Shown one piece after another: positions 10,187 through 18,387 of a stretch of DNA of 28,850 nt. The DNA comes from a virus. Taxonomy: Duplodnaviria > Caudoviricetes. The stretch is from positions 1 to 28,850 of the IMG/VR virus record IMGVR_UViG_3300032305_000626. One strand, 5' to 3'. The notes beneath the pieces were generated by a model. The model did no database searches. It was not told the origin of the DNA and worked only from the letters and a program-made list of their open reading frames with translations. How positions within the stretch are numbered: position 1 is the first letter of the stretch; each line of letters begins with the position of its first letter. Both the position numbers and the translations under genes were made by a program.

Positions 10187-10216
10187 TCCAAAAAGTTAAA
10201 AACGCTAATTATATAT
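10187..10216 (+). promoter_or_regulatory. Candidate phage late promoter, copy 4
   Basis: TCCAAAA at 10187, CGCTAATTATATAT at 10203, immediately after the terminator and before ATG 10218. Confidence 0.7.
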
Positions 10217-10217
10217 A

Positions 10218-10577
10218 ATGCTACAAATAAACAAGGGCGAAACGAAGTCGTGGTACTTGACACTTACTGAAAAGGTTACTATCGCTAATCCGAAGTTTTT
10301 ATTTGTATTTGTCAATCGTTTAACCAATTCAGAAACAGCCGTAATACTTACAGACGTTTCCAACTATAAAGAGCGTTACAACCAGTTTAACGTAATAGAG
10401 GGAACTACATTCACACTTGATCCGTGTGAACATTTATATCAAGTTTACGAGCAAACAAGTAACAGCAATTTAAACCCTTTAAACGCTACATTGATTGAAG
10501 TAGGGGTTTTAAAGGTAACAGAGATTTTTCAAGGTCAAACAGAATATAATCCCACACTAATAGAAAAAACATTATGA
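10218..10577 (+). CDS. Hypothetical virion protein
   Basis: 119 aa beta-rich ORF in structural region, coupled to next gene. Confidence 0.6.
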   Translation: MLQINKGETKSWYLTLTEKVTIANPKFLFVFVNRLTNSETAVILTDVSNYKERYNQFNVIEGTTFTLDPCEHLYQVYEQTSNSNLNPLNATLIEVGVLKVTEIFQGQTEYNPTLIEKTL

Positions 10578-10840
10578 GTTCAAGTACAGAATTTTCAGCA
10601 GGTTTCACGGGTTGCACCGTTGTTTCAGATACTAACGCAAAAACAGGGCGTTATAGAGGTTTTGTTGTTAATAGCGATGCGGTTGTTTCCGCTTGTTTGA
10701 GTGGTGCGACAAGTTTGATGACACCATTAGGACTTACGGGAGTTACTTTAAAACAAGGCATTTACATTTCCGTGAGCGAAGAATTGGTAATCACTTCAAT
10801 CACATTAACATCGGGTTCAATCGTACTTTATAACGAATAA
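10574..10840 (+). CDS. Small hypothetical virion protein
   Basis: 88 aa, ATGA overlap upstream, TAATG overlap downstream; ends ITSITLTSGSIVLY. Confidence 0.6.
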   Translation: MSSSTEFSAGFTGCTVVSDTNAKTGRYRGFVVNSDAVVSACLSGATSLMTPLGLTGVTLKQGIYISVSEELVITSITLTSGSIVLYNE

Positions 10841-11625
10841 TGTTTGTTGGCATTGGAGTTGGAGTAGGTCGGCAACGTTTTGGCGGTAGTGGCTTTGATG
10901 CTGACTATCAAACGATTTTAAATCTCGCCACAACGGCAGGTTATACATTGCCATCGTCTGCAAATCAAACAAAGCAAAATCAATTATTACTTGATTTAAA
11001 AGTGGGTGGTATTTGGAGTAGATTAGATACGTTTGCGTTATTTTCAAATGACGGAAGTTCACAATTTGCTTTAATAGATTGGAAGCGTACTATTGCAACG
11101 GGTTCACTTGTACTTTATACTGCAACTAATTCGCCAACGTGGAGTAGTGGTGGTGGCTTTACCACTAACGGAACATCTTCATTCATTAATACAAATTTTA
11201 ACCCATTTAGTGGAGTGTTTAATTATGTTCGAAATGACGCTGGTAGATTTTTTTGGGTAGATAATCGCACAAATTCCCAATACTTTGAAGGATTAATGAA
11301 TGCGACTAGTAACGGAACATACAACGGTAATGCAAATGACCAACAAATCAATCAAGGTAATAATATTTTAAATACTTTTGCAAATCTTGGTTCTGATGGC
11401 TTTAAATCAATTAATAGAACATCAGCGTCTATTGTTGAATTATTTAACAACACAACGCAAATTTCAAGAACTGCAACATCACAGGCATTGGGTAATGGCA
11501 ATCAAACTATTGGGCGAAGGTCTGGAAATTACGGAGCGCATAGATTTAGATTTTACGCAATGGGGGCGAATTGTGTGAGCCAAAATACATCTTTTTACAA
11601 CGCTATTAATACATATTTATCATGA
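10840..11625 (+). CDS. Putative virion fibre/decoration protein with lectin-like beta-sandwich
   Basis: GIGVGVG N-terminus, N/T/S/G-rich; GFTTNGTSSFINTNFNP resembles concanavalin-like phage domains. Confidence 0.55.
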   Translation: MFVGIGVGVGRQRFGGSGFDADYQTILNLATTAGYTLPSSANQTKQNQLLLDLKVGGIWSRLDTFALFSNDGSSQFALIDWKRTIATGSLVLYTATNSPTWSSGGGFTTNGTSSFINTNFNPFSGVFNYVRNDAGRFFWVDNRTNSQYFEGLMNATSNGTYNGNANDQQINQGNNILNTFANLGSDGFKSINRTSASIVELFNNTTQISRTATSQALGNGNQTIGRRSGNYGAHRFRFYAMGANCVSQNTSFYNAINTYLS

Positions 11626-11825
11626 TAGTATTACACCCAAATAAAGAGCAATATAACGCACTAAACGGCTACACAAATGGTTCAAGTAAATTGGAATTTG
11701 TAATTGATGGTAGTGGGCGTTACATCGTTGGTTTAGAGGTTTTAGAAGATACTAATTTTAGCGAAATACACGAGCAGTTAAACGAGTTAGAGAGAATTGA
11801 ATATACACCAAATGAAATTAACTGA
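11622..11825 (+). CDS. Hypothetical protein (possible fibre chaperone)
   Basis: 67 aa acidic ORF coupled by ATGA overlap to the fibre-like gene. Confidence 0.5.
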   Translation: MIVLHPNKEQYNALNGYTNGSSKLEFVIDGSGRYIVGLEVLEDTNFSEIHEQLNELERIEYTPNEIN

Positions 11826-11982
11826 TACAACGGCTAACGCTCTAACCACAACATCTTTTGTAGGTGCATTTAGTTCGATTGCAACTACTTGGAATCCTAT
11901 TATTTCCGCAATCGGTGGACTGATTGCAATTATAACTGGTGTACTTGGGGCGATATATTACGTTAAAAAATTACGCAAATGA
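11812..11982 (+). CDS. Small membrane protein, holin-like
   Basis: ATG at 11812; hydrophobic PIISAIGGLIAIITGVLGAIYYV followed by basic KKLRK tail. Confidence 0.55.
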   Translation: MKLTDTTANALTTTSFVGAFSSIATTWNPIISAIGGLIAIITGVLGAIYYVKKLRK

Positions 11983-12140
11983 TTGACAGAATTTTTAACA
12001 ATTGGAAAAGTACAATATTTGGGATGGTAGTTATTGCTACTGGATTTTTATTTGTGTGGTATGGAAAAGCATCAATGACCGAACTAACCGCATTTATAGC
12101 AGGTGGAATGGTTTTAATATTTAGTAAAGATGGAAAATAG
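11979..12140 (+). CDS. Two-TM holin-like protein (53 aa, absent from ORF track)
   Basis: MIDRIFNNWKSTIFGMVVIATGFLFVWYGKASMTELTAFIAGGMVLIFSKDGK; ATGA overlap with previous gene and overlap with portal start. Confidence 0.65.
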   Translation: MIDRIFNNWKSTIFGMVVIATGFLFVWYGKASMTELTAFIAGGMVLIFSKDGK

Positions 12141-13878
12141 TATATACAGGGTAAATTTCGCTGAATCTTCATTGCCCGTTTTCAAAGAGAACAAGGCAAA
12201 GGGTTACATTACTTTTGGCGAGAAAAACGATTACCCAAATAAATTAATAGACCTTTATAACAAGTCCCCTAAACACGGGGCAATTGTAACGCAAAAAGCA
12301 TCGTATTTGGCAGGGGACAAAACGGAGGTTATTGCAATTAACACCGAAGACAAAGCGAAAGCAGAAAAGAATATGAACAGCATCAACGCTTATGAAAGTT
12401 TTGATGACTTAAAAGCGAAGATTTGTCAAGATGCTGAATTGTTTAACGGGTTTGCATTAGAGGTTATTTGGAATAAAGCGAAAACAAGTATTGCTGAATT
12501 GTATCATTTGCCATTTCAAAACGTGCGTTGTGCGATTGATGGTGGTTATATGTATAGCGAGGATTGGAACGACAGAAGATGCGAGATAAAGGAATATCCG
12601 TCTTTTAACCCAACTACAAGGGAAAATAAACAAGTGTATTACTTTAAATTTTATCGTGCAGGACAAGAGGAATATCCATTGCCTGAATACGTTTCTGCTT
12701 TAAAGTACATTGAGATTGACACAGAGATTGCAAATTTCCATTTGAATAGCATTAAGAGTGGATTTTCTGCACAAACTTTAATTCAGTTGTTTAAAGGTCA
12801 ACCAACACCCGACGAAGCACGTAAAACGATTAAACGCTTTAAGGAAAATTTTACGGGTACGGACAACGCAGGGAGTGTAATTATTCAGTTTAACGATCCG
12901 AATGAAACACCATCTCAAATAAACAACCTAACTCCGAGTGATTTTGACAAGTTGTTTTTGCAATTAAATCAAAGCGTACAACAAGAGATTTTTAGCGGAC
13001 ACCGTGTTACCAGTCCGATGTTGTTCGGTATCAAAACAGAAGGACAATTAGGTGGTAGAAGTGAATTAATTGAAAGTTACGAAGCGTTCCAAACAAGTTA
13101 CGTTGAACCAAGACAAAATCAAATAGACAGAGCGTTAACAAGCGTGTTTAAATACATTGCACCCGTTAAACTCGTTACCAAAAATAAACCCGTTATTGGA
13201 TTGGATTATGTTGTTCTATTTGAAAAGGGATTGATTACCCAAGACGAAGCACGTAAGGAATTAGGGATGGCAACTTTGCCCGTACAGATGTCGCAACAAA
13301 ATCCGTTTAATTGGAATGATGACAAAGATATAGCCGTATTTAATCAATTTGGCGAAGATGCAAGTAACTTTGAAGAAGTACCTTTTAAATTCGGTACTGC
13401 ATTAGATTTAATGATTTTGCAGTATTTAGGACAAAACGGACTTATTAGCGTTGCGGATGTTGTGAACTTTATCAAACAAGACGCAGACGTAATTCAAACG
13501 GCAGTAGATGACTTGATTGCACGTGGGTTAGTTGAAAGCGTAAACGGACAAATTCAGAATACACCCGATGGATTAAGAGAATTGAGTAATTCAAATTTAG
13601 GAACTGAAATCGTAGTACGTTACAAGTATGGAAAAAGTTCAGGAATAAGCGGTGGCGATATTATACCAACTTCAAGAGATTTCTGTAAACGAATTATCGG
13701 ATTTAATAAATTATATACACGTGAAGAAATAGACCAAATGACTAATATTTTAGGTTATGACGTTTGGCGTAGGCGTGGCGGTTGGATGACTGTAAAAAAT
13801 TCAGATCCAGCGTTACACGTACCATATTGCCGTCATAGTTGGATTGCACAAACAGTAAGGAGAAAGATTAATGGCTAA
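12130..13878 (+). CDS. Portal protein with C-terminal winged-helix-like and MuF-like extensions
   Basis: SPKHGAIV, YPLPEY, FTGTDNAG, GHRVTSPMLFGI and EARKELG are portal motifs; tail carries SRDFC...GGW...PYCRHSW. Confidence 0.85.
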   Translation: MENSIYRVNFAESSLPVFKENKAKGYITFGEKNDYPNKLIDLYNKSPKHGAIVTQKASYLAGDKTEVIAINTEDKAKAEKNMNSINAYESFDDLKAKICQDAELFNGFALEVIWNKAKTSIAELYHLPFQNVRCAIDGGYMYSEDWNDRRCEIKEYPSFNPTTRENKQVYYFKFYRAGQEEYPLPEYVSALKYIEIDTEIANFHLNSIKSGFSAQTLIQLFKGQPTPDEARKTIKRFKENFTGTDNAGSVIIQFNDPNETPSQINNLTPSDFDKLFLQLNQSVQQEIFSGHRVTSPMLFGIKTEGQLGGRSELIESYEAFQTSYVEPRQNQIDRALTSVFKYIAPVKLVTKNKPVIGLDYVVLFEKGLITQDEARKELGMATLPVQMSQQNPFNWNDDKDIAVFNQFGEDASNFEEVPFKFGTALDLMILQYLGQNGLISVADVVNFIKQDADVIQTAVDDLIARGLVESVNGQIQNTPDGLRELSNSNLGTEIVVRYKYGKSSGISGGDIIPTSRDFCKRIIGFNKLYTREEIDQMTNILGYDVWRRRGGWMTVKNSDPALHVPYCRHSWIAQTVRRKING

Positions 13879-14362
13879 TTTTGTACCTATTAAGAACTTT
13901 GAAAATCTATACGCTATAAATGAAAATGGCGAAGTGATGATTTTAAAAACAAAAAAAATAAAAAAGGCTCATATTGGCACTTGGAAATATTATACAATAT
14001 GTTTGTATAAAGACAAGAAGAGTTATAAATTTTTATTGCATAGATTAATAGCAGAAACATTTTTGCAAAACAAGGATAATAAGGAACAAGTCAATCATAA
14101 AGATGGCAACAAGCTGAATAATTATTTAAATAATCTTGAATGGACATCAAGAAGTGAAAATTTGTTACACGCTTACAAATTAAATTTATGTAATACTACA
14201 ACTGAAAAGGCTCACGAATCAAGAAAACAAATTATAGTAAATTTAGAAAACGGAATTTTTTACAATGGTTTAAAGGAATTTGCTCAATACAATTATTTAC
14301 CTAAACCATATACTATTGATAATTTTAATAAAACCTATAAAAGCAAATTTAAATTAGTATAA
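13871..14362 (+). CDS. Free-standing HNH homing endonuclease (NUMOD4-like N-terminus)
   Basis: LHRLIAETF...VNHKDGNKLNNYLNNLEWTSRSENLLHA; visibly more AT-rich than flanks. Confidence 0.9.
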   Translation: MANFVPIKNFENLYAINENGEVMILKTKKIKKAHIGTWKYYTICLYKDKKSYKFLLHRLIAETFLQNKDNKEQVNHKDGNKLNNYLNNLEWTSRSENLLHAYKLNLCNTTTEKAHESRKQIIVNLENGIFYNGLKEFAQYNYLPKPYTIDNFNKTYKSKFKLV

Positions 14363-14916
14363 TGTCCAATTTTGTATATTTAATCGGTACGGCGTATTTA
14401 AAAGAGAATACGCCACTTAATGATAACTTAGACGATAAGTTGTTAAAGGGTGCAATTAAAGAAGCACAGGAGATATATATAAGGGATATTATTGGAAGTG
14501 GGTTATATAATGAGATTCAATCCCAAGCATTTGCGAACACCTTAACCAACTTAAATCAAACCTTAATTGATAACTACATTGCACCTTGTTTGAAATATTA
14601 CACGTTGGTGGAATCAATGCTACCTTTAACGTTTAAATTCTTGAATAAAAGTGTAGCAACTCGCACCGCTGAATTTGCAAATCCTGCAACTCCAAGTGAT
14701 TTGAGTTTGATTGAACACCGTTACCGAGACAAAGCGGAATATTACGCTGAAAGATTACGTGATTACCTAAAAGAGAACACAACCCAATATCCGTTGTTCC
14801 AAAATCCTGGTAGTGGTTTTGATGTTATCAGACCAAGTAACACGGCATTTTTCGGAGGTATGTATTTACCAGGTGGCGAAGATGAATGTTTTTTTAATTA
14901 CGACTATGACAAATAA
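14362..14916 (+). CDS. Putative head completion/adaptor protein
   Basis: 184 aa helical protein following the portal; role inferred from position. Confidence 0.55.
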   Translation: MSNFVYLIGTAYLKENTPLNDNLDDKLLKGAIKEAQEIYIRDIIGSGLYNEIQSQAFANTLTNLNQTLIDNYIAPCLKYYTLVESMLPLTFKFLNKSVATRTAEFANPATPSDLSLIEHRYRDKAEYYAERLRDYLKENTTQYPLFQNPGSGFDVIRPSNTAFFGGMYLPGGEDECFFNYDYDK

Positions 14917-14954
14917 GTGGAGGCAAAAAAACGAGCAAAAACTAATTAAACTGT

Positions 14955-15386
14955 ATGACACTAAACCAAATAATCCAAATAATCCAAAGCCAAGCACAAA
15001 GCCACAAAATGGTAAATAAAGTTGCCGTTGGTGCTGACTATGATTTTGCAGTAGATGAAGTCAAATATTACCCTATTGTTTGGATTATCCCTAATGGATT
15101 TAATTTCAGCACAGATAACAGAACGGTTGACTATCAATTTGCAATGATGGTAATGGATCGTAAGTGGGAAGATGATTCTAACACTATTGATGTGCTTTCA
15201 GATAGTGCAGGGATTATTTTAGACATTGTCACACTTCTGCGAAGATATGAGGCAACCTTTGAAATGATTGTGAACGGAACTGCTGAACCTTTTTTCGATA
15301 GTTCAACTGATGTAGTTGCAGGACACGCTATTGATTTTACCATTAGAACGGCTTATTTAGAAAGTTATTGTGACATTCCAGTTTAA
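14955..15386 (+). CDS. Putative tail terminator/completion protein
   Basis: 143 aa acidic protein with YPIVWI and EPFFD...VAG motifs; position-based. Confidence 0.55.
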   Translation: MTLNQIIQIIQSQAQSHKMVNKVAVGADYDFAVDEVKYYPIVWIIPNGFNFSTDNRTVDYQFAMMVMDRKWEDDSNTIDVLSDSAGIILDIVTLLRRYEATFEMIVNGTAEPFFDSSTDVVAGHAIDFTIRTAYLESYCDIPV

Positions 15387-15717
15387 AGATGCGGTTTACA
15401 TCACTATGATTATAGTGTTGTTTGCTATTATTCCAAAGCACAAAGTTGTAACTAATTATTATTACAACGATACGGCATATTTTAGAGATAGTATAATTCG
15501 CCAAAACTACACAAAACAGATAAATGAAATTGAAACTATTTACGACACTATTCGCATTGATGGTAGTGTTAACACCACGCAATGGCTACTCGCAATTCAC
15601 AGATACATTGATTCAGGAGGTCAACTATCGACTTTTACAAGGAGCAGAAGCACGGGAAAAGATACGAGTTTACCAACAACTATCAAAGCACGACAGTATC
15701 ACGATACAACGCTATAA
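15370..15717 (+). CDS. N-terminally anchored membrane protein (i-spanin-like)
   Basis: N-terminal TM AVYITMIIVLFAIIP; 3' half overlaps the next ORF out of frame. Confidence 0.45.
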   Translation: MTFQFKDAVYITMIIVLFAIIPKHKVVTNYYYNDTAYFRDSIIRQNYTKQINEIETIYDTIRIDGSVNTTQWLLAIHRYIDSGGQLSTFTRSRSTGKDTSLPTTIKARQYHDTTL

Positions 15718-15841
15718 GAGCGATTTAAATCAATTATCTGAACAATATGAAGTAAGTATGTCAGATAACAGAAAAAAGTGCAGTATAATTCAAGTTTTGG
15801 GGATTTATTCTTTGTTAGTTACTATATTAGTTTTAAGATGA
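15524..15841 (+). CDS. Signal-peptide coiled-coil protein with C-terminal TM (spanin-like partner)
   Basis: MKLKLFTTLFALMVVL signal-like N-terminus, central coiled coil, C-terminal IIQVLGIYSLLVTILVL; ATGA coupling to next gene. Confidence 0.5.
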   Translation: MKLKLFTTLFALMVVLTPRNGYSQFTDTLIQEVNYRLLQGAEAREKIRVYQQLSKHDSITIQRYKSDLNQLSEQYEVSMSDNRKKCSIIQVLGIYSLLVTILVLR

Positions 15842-16818
15842 CACTCCGAGATTTAGCGTTTGACTATGTACAAAGATACCCCGACTACCCAAAAAGGACT
15901 TTGGCAAAATTAATAGTTGAAGAAAACCCAAGTGTTGCAAGTATTGAAAGTGTCAGGAGTGCTATTAGATTAGTAACTGGTTCAATTGGTAAAGCACGAT
16001 TTTATGAAGCAAGAATGATTAACAAATCTACTATACAAGAGGGGTTGAATAAACTCAAAATTGTATCTCATAACAAAGAGATGCAAAACGTACATTTAAA
16101 GGAAGGACGCTATTTAATTCTATCCGATGTACATATACCTTACCACGATGAGGACGCTTTAACAACTGCTCTTGAATGGGGTTTAAATAATGACATTGAT
16201 TGCATTATTCTAAATGGCGATATAATGGATTGTTACCCAGTTAGTTCGTTTATTAAAGATGTTGGGCAACCGTCATTAAGAGAAGAGATTGAAATGACAA
16301 AGGCGTTTTTTACTTATTTGCGTGAGTTGTTTCCAGTTATTCCAATTTACTATAAGTTAGGCAACCACGAAGAGAGGGTAAAAAATTATTTACTTCGTCA
16401 AGCGAAAGAGTTTAGCGATGTTGACAACTTGAAATTTGAAAACTTGCTTTCATTGAACGAGTTTAACATACACTTGGTAAATAGAGAGATAATCAAGTTA
16501 GGTAAATTAAACGTGTTGCACGGTCACGAAATGGGTGAAAGCGTATTTAGTCCCGTTAACCCTGCACGTGGTATGTTTTTGAAAGCAAAGAGTTCAACTA
16601 TTTTCGGACATAATCACCAAGTTTCACACCATAGCGAAAATAATATAAATGGAGAATCTACGGGCGTTTGGTCTATGGGTTGCCTTTGTTCGTTATCACC
16701 CGATTATAGACCTTACGCATATACTAAATGGTCGCACGGGTTCGCTTGTGTAGATGTAAACGAGGATTTGACATTTCACGTTAATAATATGAAAATCATT
16801 AACGGCAAACTTATATGA
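15838..16818 (+). CDS. Calcineurin-like metallophosphoesterase
   Basis: All five motifs present: SDVH, GDIMD, GNHE, HGH, GHNH; start moved to the ATGA-coupled ATG at 15838. Confidence 0.9.
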   Translation: MTLRDLAFDYVQRYPDYPKRTLAKLIVEENPSVASIESVRSAIRLVTGSIGKARFYEARMINKSTIQEGLNKLKIVSHNKEMQNVHLKEGRYLILSDVHIPYHDEDALTTALEWGLNNDIDCIILNGDIMDCYPVSSFIKDVGQPSLREEIEMTKAFFTYLRELFPVIPIYYKLGNHEERVKNYLLRQAKEFSDVDNLKFENLLSLNEFNIHLVNREIIKLGKLNVLHGHEMGESVFSPVNPARGMFLKAKSSTIFGHNHQVSHHSENNINGESTGVWSMGCLCSLSPDYRPYAYTKWSHGFACVDVNEDLTFHVNNMKIINGKLI

Positions 16819-17054
16819 GAATAGTTCCCGTTACTTATGTATTTCAAGATGACGGAGTTGATCCGTTATACAAAGAGATAGGACTTGAACAAGATGCCGA
16901 TTTTGTTGAAATACTTGAAGATGGCTATTTAAACCTTGATAGTGTCATTGGTGCGTCACAAAACTATGAAATGACACAGGTATATTGCAGTAGTGGACAT
17001 ACTTTTATTATAGATTTGCCAATAGAAGAATTTTATTATTTATGGATAGCGTAA
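16815..17054 (+). CDS. Hypothetical acidic protein
   Basis: 79 aa, overlaps both neighbours. Confidence 0.6.
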   Translation: MRIVPVTYVFQDDGVDPLYKEIGLEQDADFVEILEDGYLNLDSVIGASQNYEMTQVYCSSGHTFIIDLPIEEFYYLWIA

Positions 17055-17254
17055 ACAAACCACCACATTATCAGGGTAAAGTAGAAGCGATTGACGCTAT
17101 CGAATCCGCAATGAGTTATGAAGCATTTAAAGGTTATCTACACGGGAATTGCATTAAGTATCTTATGCGCTTTACTCGTAAAAATGGACAAGAAGATCTG
17201 CTCAAAGCAGAATGGTATCTCAAAAAACTTATCGAACACAATGGCAAAAATTGA
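17042..17254 (+). CDS. DUF3310 family protein (T7 gp1.7 nucleotide kinase-like)
   Basis: DSVNKPPHY, EAIDAI, GNCIKYLMR, EDLLKAEWYL. Confidence 0.85.
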   Translation: MDSVNKPPHYQGKVEAIDAIESAMSYEAFKGYLHGNCIKYLMRFTRKNGQEDLLKAEWYLKKLIEHNGKN

Positions 17255-17813
17255 TAAATTTAACATCGACTATATTCTCAAATGGGAGGGTGGTTTAAGC
17301 AAACATCAAAAAGATAGTGCATCAGCGTTTCCCGTTCCTGATGGTAGCGGTTATCACACTAACAAGGGTGTAACGTGGCGTGTATGGTCGTCGGTTTTTG
17401 GCAGTTCAAAACAATCTATTAAGGACTTTTACGAGATGACAGATGACAAATGGCTTGTTATCTTTAATGGGTTTTGGAAAGGTGTAAAAGCGGATTTAAT
17501 CCAAGAACAGATTATTGCTGACTTATGGGCAGATTTTGCGTGGGGTTCGGGTGTATCACGTGCATCAATTGAAATGCAACAATTTTTAAACAAACACGGT
17601 TATAGCGTTGTAGTTGACGGAGTTGTAGGTAGAAAGACAATTGAGCAGTTAAACAAATTCGTTAAAGATAAGGGCGTTAAATGGGCATTTGAAGCAATGT
17701 ATAACCATAGAGTTGACTTTCTGCAATCTTTGAAATCGTTTAAGACATTCGGAACGGGGTGGATGCGTCGAATGAGTGATTTTTATTTATATGCCAACAA
17801 ACAAATCGATTGA
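17241..17813 (+). CDS. Endolysin, glycoside hydrolase family 108 with peptidoglycan-binding region
   Basis: ILKWEGG catalytic motif, TNKGVT, VDGVVGRKT, FGTGWMRR; start at ATG 17241. Confidence 0.85.
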   Translation: MAKIDKFNIDYILKWEGGLSKHQKDSASAFPVPDGSGYHTNKGVTWRVWSSVFGSSKQSIKDFYEMTDDKWLVIFNGFWKGVKADLIQEQIIADLWADFAWGSGVSRASIEMQQFLNKHGYSVVVDGVVGRKTIEQLNKFVKDKGVKWAFEAMYNHRVDFLQSLKSFKTFGTGWMRRMSDFYLYANKQID

Positions 17814-18318
17814 GGAATTAGGCGAGGACTTTGCAAACTTTAACCCGTCGGGAGATGGGTTACTTCGTATTGTGCAGAATTGGGGCAACGAGGTTTCAAA
17901 TCGTATGCGTATAGATTTGCGTAAAAACAAAACAAACGCTTCACAGACGCTTTCTCAATCAATCGCATCAATAGCAAAGCCAACACCAAAAGGATTTAAT
18001 TTAAAGGTTGAAATGCAGGATTACTGGTATTGGATTGAATACGGTAGAAAGCCAACCCGTACAAAATCCCCAAGCAATCCGACATTAGTTCAATCGTTAG
18101 AGCAATGGATTGTAGAAAAGAAAATACAAACCCGTACAAGTTCAACTCAAAGCCGAGCCGAAACGGTTAAAGCGTTAGCGGTAATTATTGCCCGAAAGAT
18201 ACACCGCAAAGGAACGAAAGCACAACCATTCGTTGCGCAAAATGTAAACGATAAAATGCGACAAATACTATCCGATAGGATGGGCGAGTATATAGCAAAG
18301 TCATTAGGAGGGGATTAA
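17791..18318 (+). CDS. HK97 gp10-like tail completion/neck protein
   Basis: DYWYWIEYGRKP and IARKIHRKGTKAQPF motifs; basic; start at ATG 17791. Confidence 0.65.
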   Translation: MPTNKSIEELGEDFANFNPSGDGLLRIVQNWGNEVSNRMRIDLRKNKTNASQTLSQSIASIAKPTPKGFNLKVEMQDYWYWIEYGRKPTRTKSPSNPTLVQSLEQWIVEKKIQTRTSSTQSRAETVKALAVIIARKIHRKGTKAQPFVAQNVNDKMRQILSDRMGEYIAKSLGGD

Positions 18319-18333
18319 TTTCCCCTTTTTTTT
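18309..18333 (+). terminator. Rho-independent terminator closing the late region
   Basis: AGGGGA-TTAATT-TCCCCT followed by T7; stop codon lies in the loop. Confidence 0.85.
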
Positions 18334-18353
18334 GCTATTTTTTGTAAAATAAT

Positions 18354-18384
18354 TTTGCAATATTGAAAATAGTTTTTATATTTG
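18354..18384 (+). promoter_or_regulatory. Bacteroidota housekeeping-sigma promoter (early, P1)
   Basis: TTTG 18354-18357, 19-nt spacer, TATATTTG 18377-18384; ATG at 18388. Confidence 0.85.
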
Positions 18385-18387
18385 CAT

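Noticed and set aside
11580-11612. Possible extra late-promoter copy (CCAAAA...CGCTATTA)
   Set aside because: Spacing differs from the four good copies, the core has a mismatch, and it lies in coding sequence.
2797-11625. Diversity-generating retroelement targeting tail or fibre genes
   Set aside because: No reverse transcriptase and no template/variable repeat pair noticed.
14889-15019. Second T TTT TTT slippery site near the end of the adaptor gene, and small ORF 14906-15019
   Set aside because: A -1 shift meets TAA immediately (14895); the +1 frame peptide has its own ATG and mostly overlaps the next gene, so neither is supportable without homologues.
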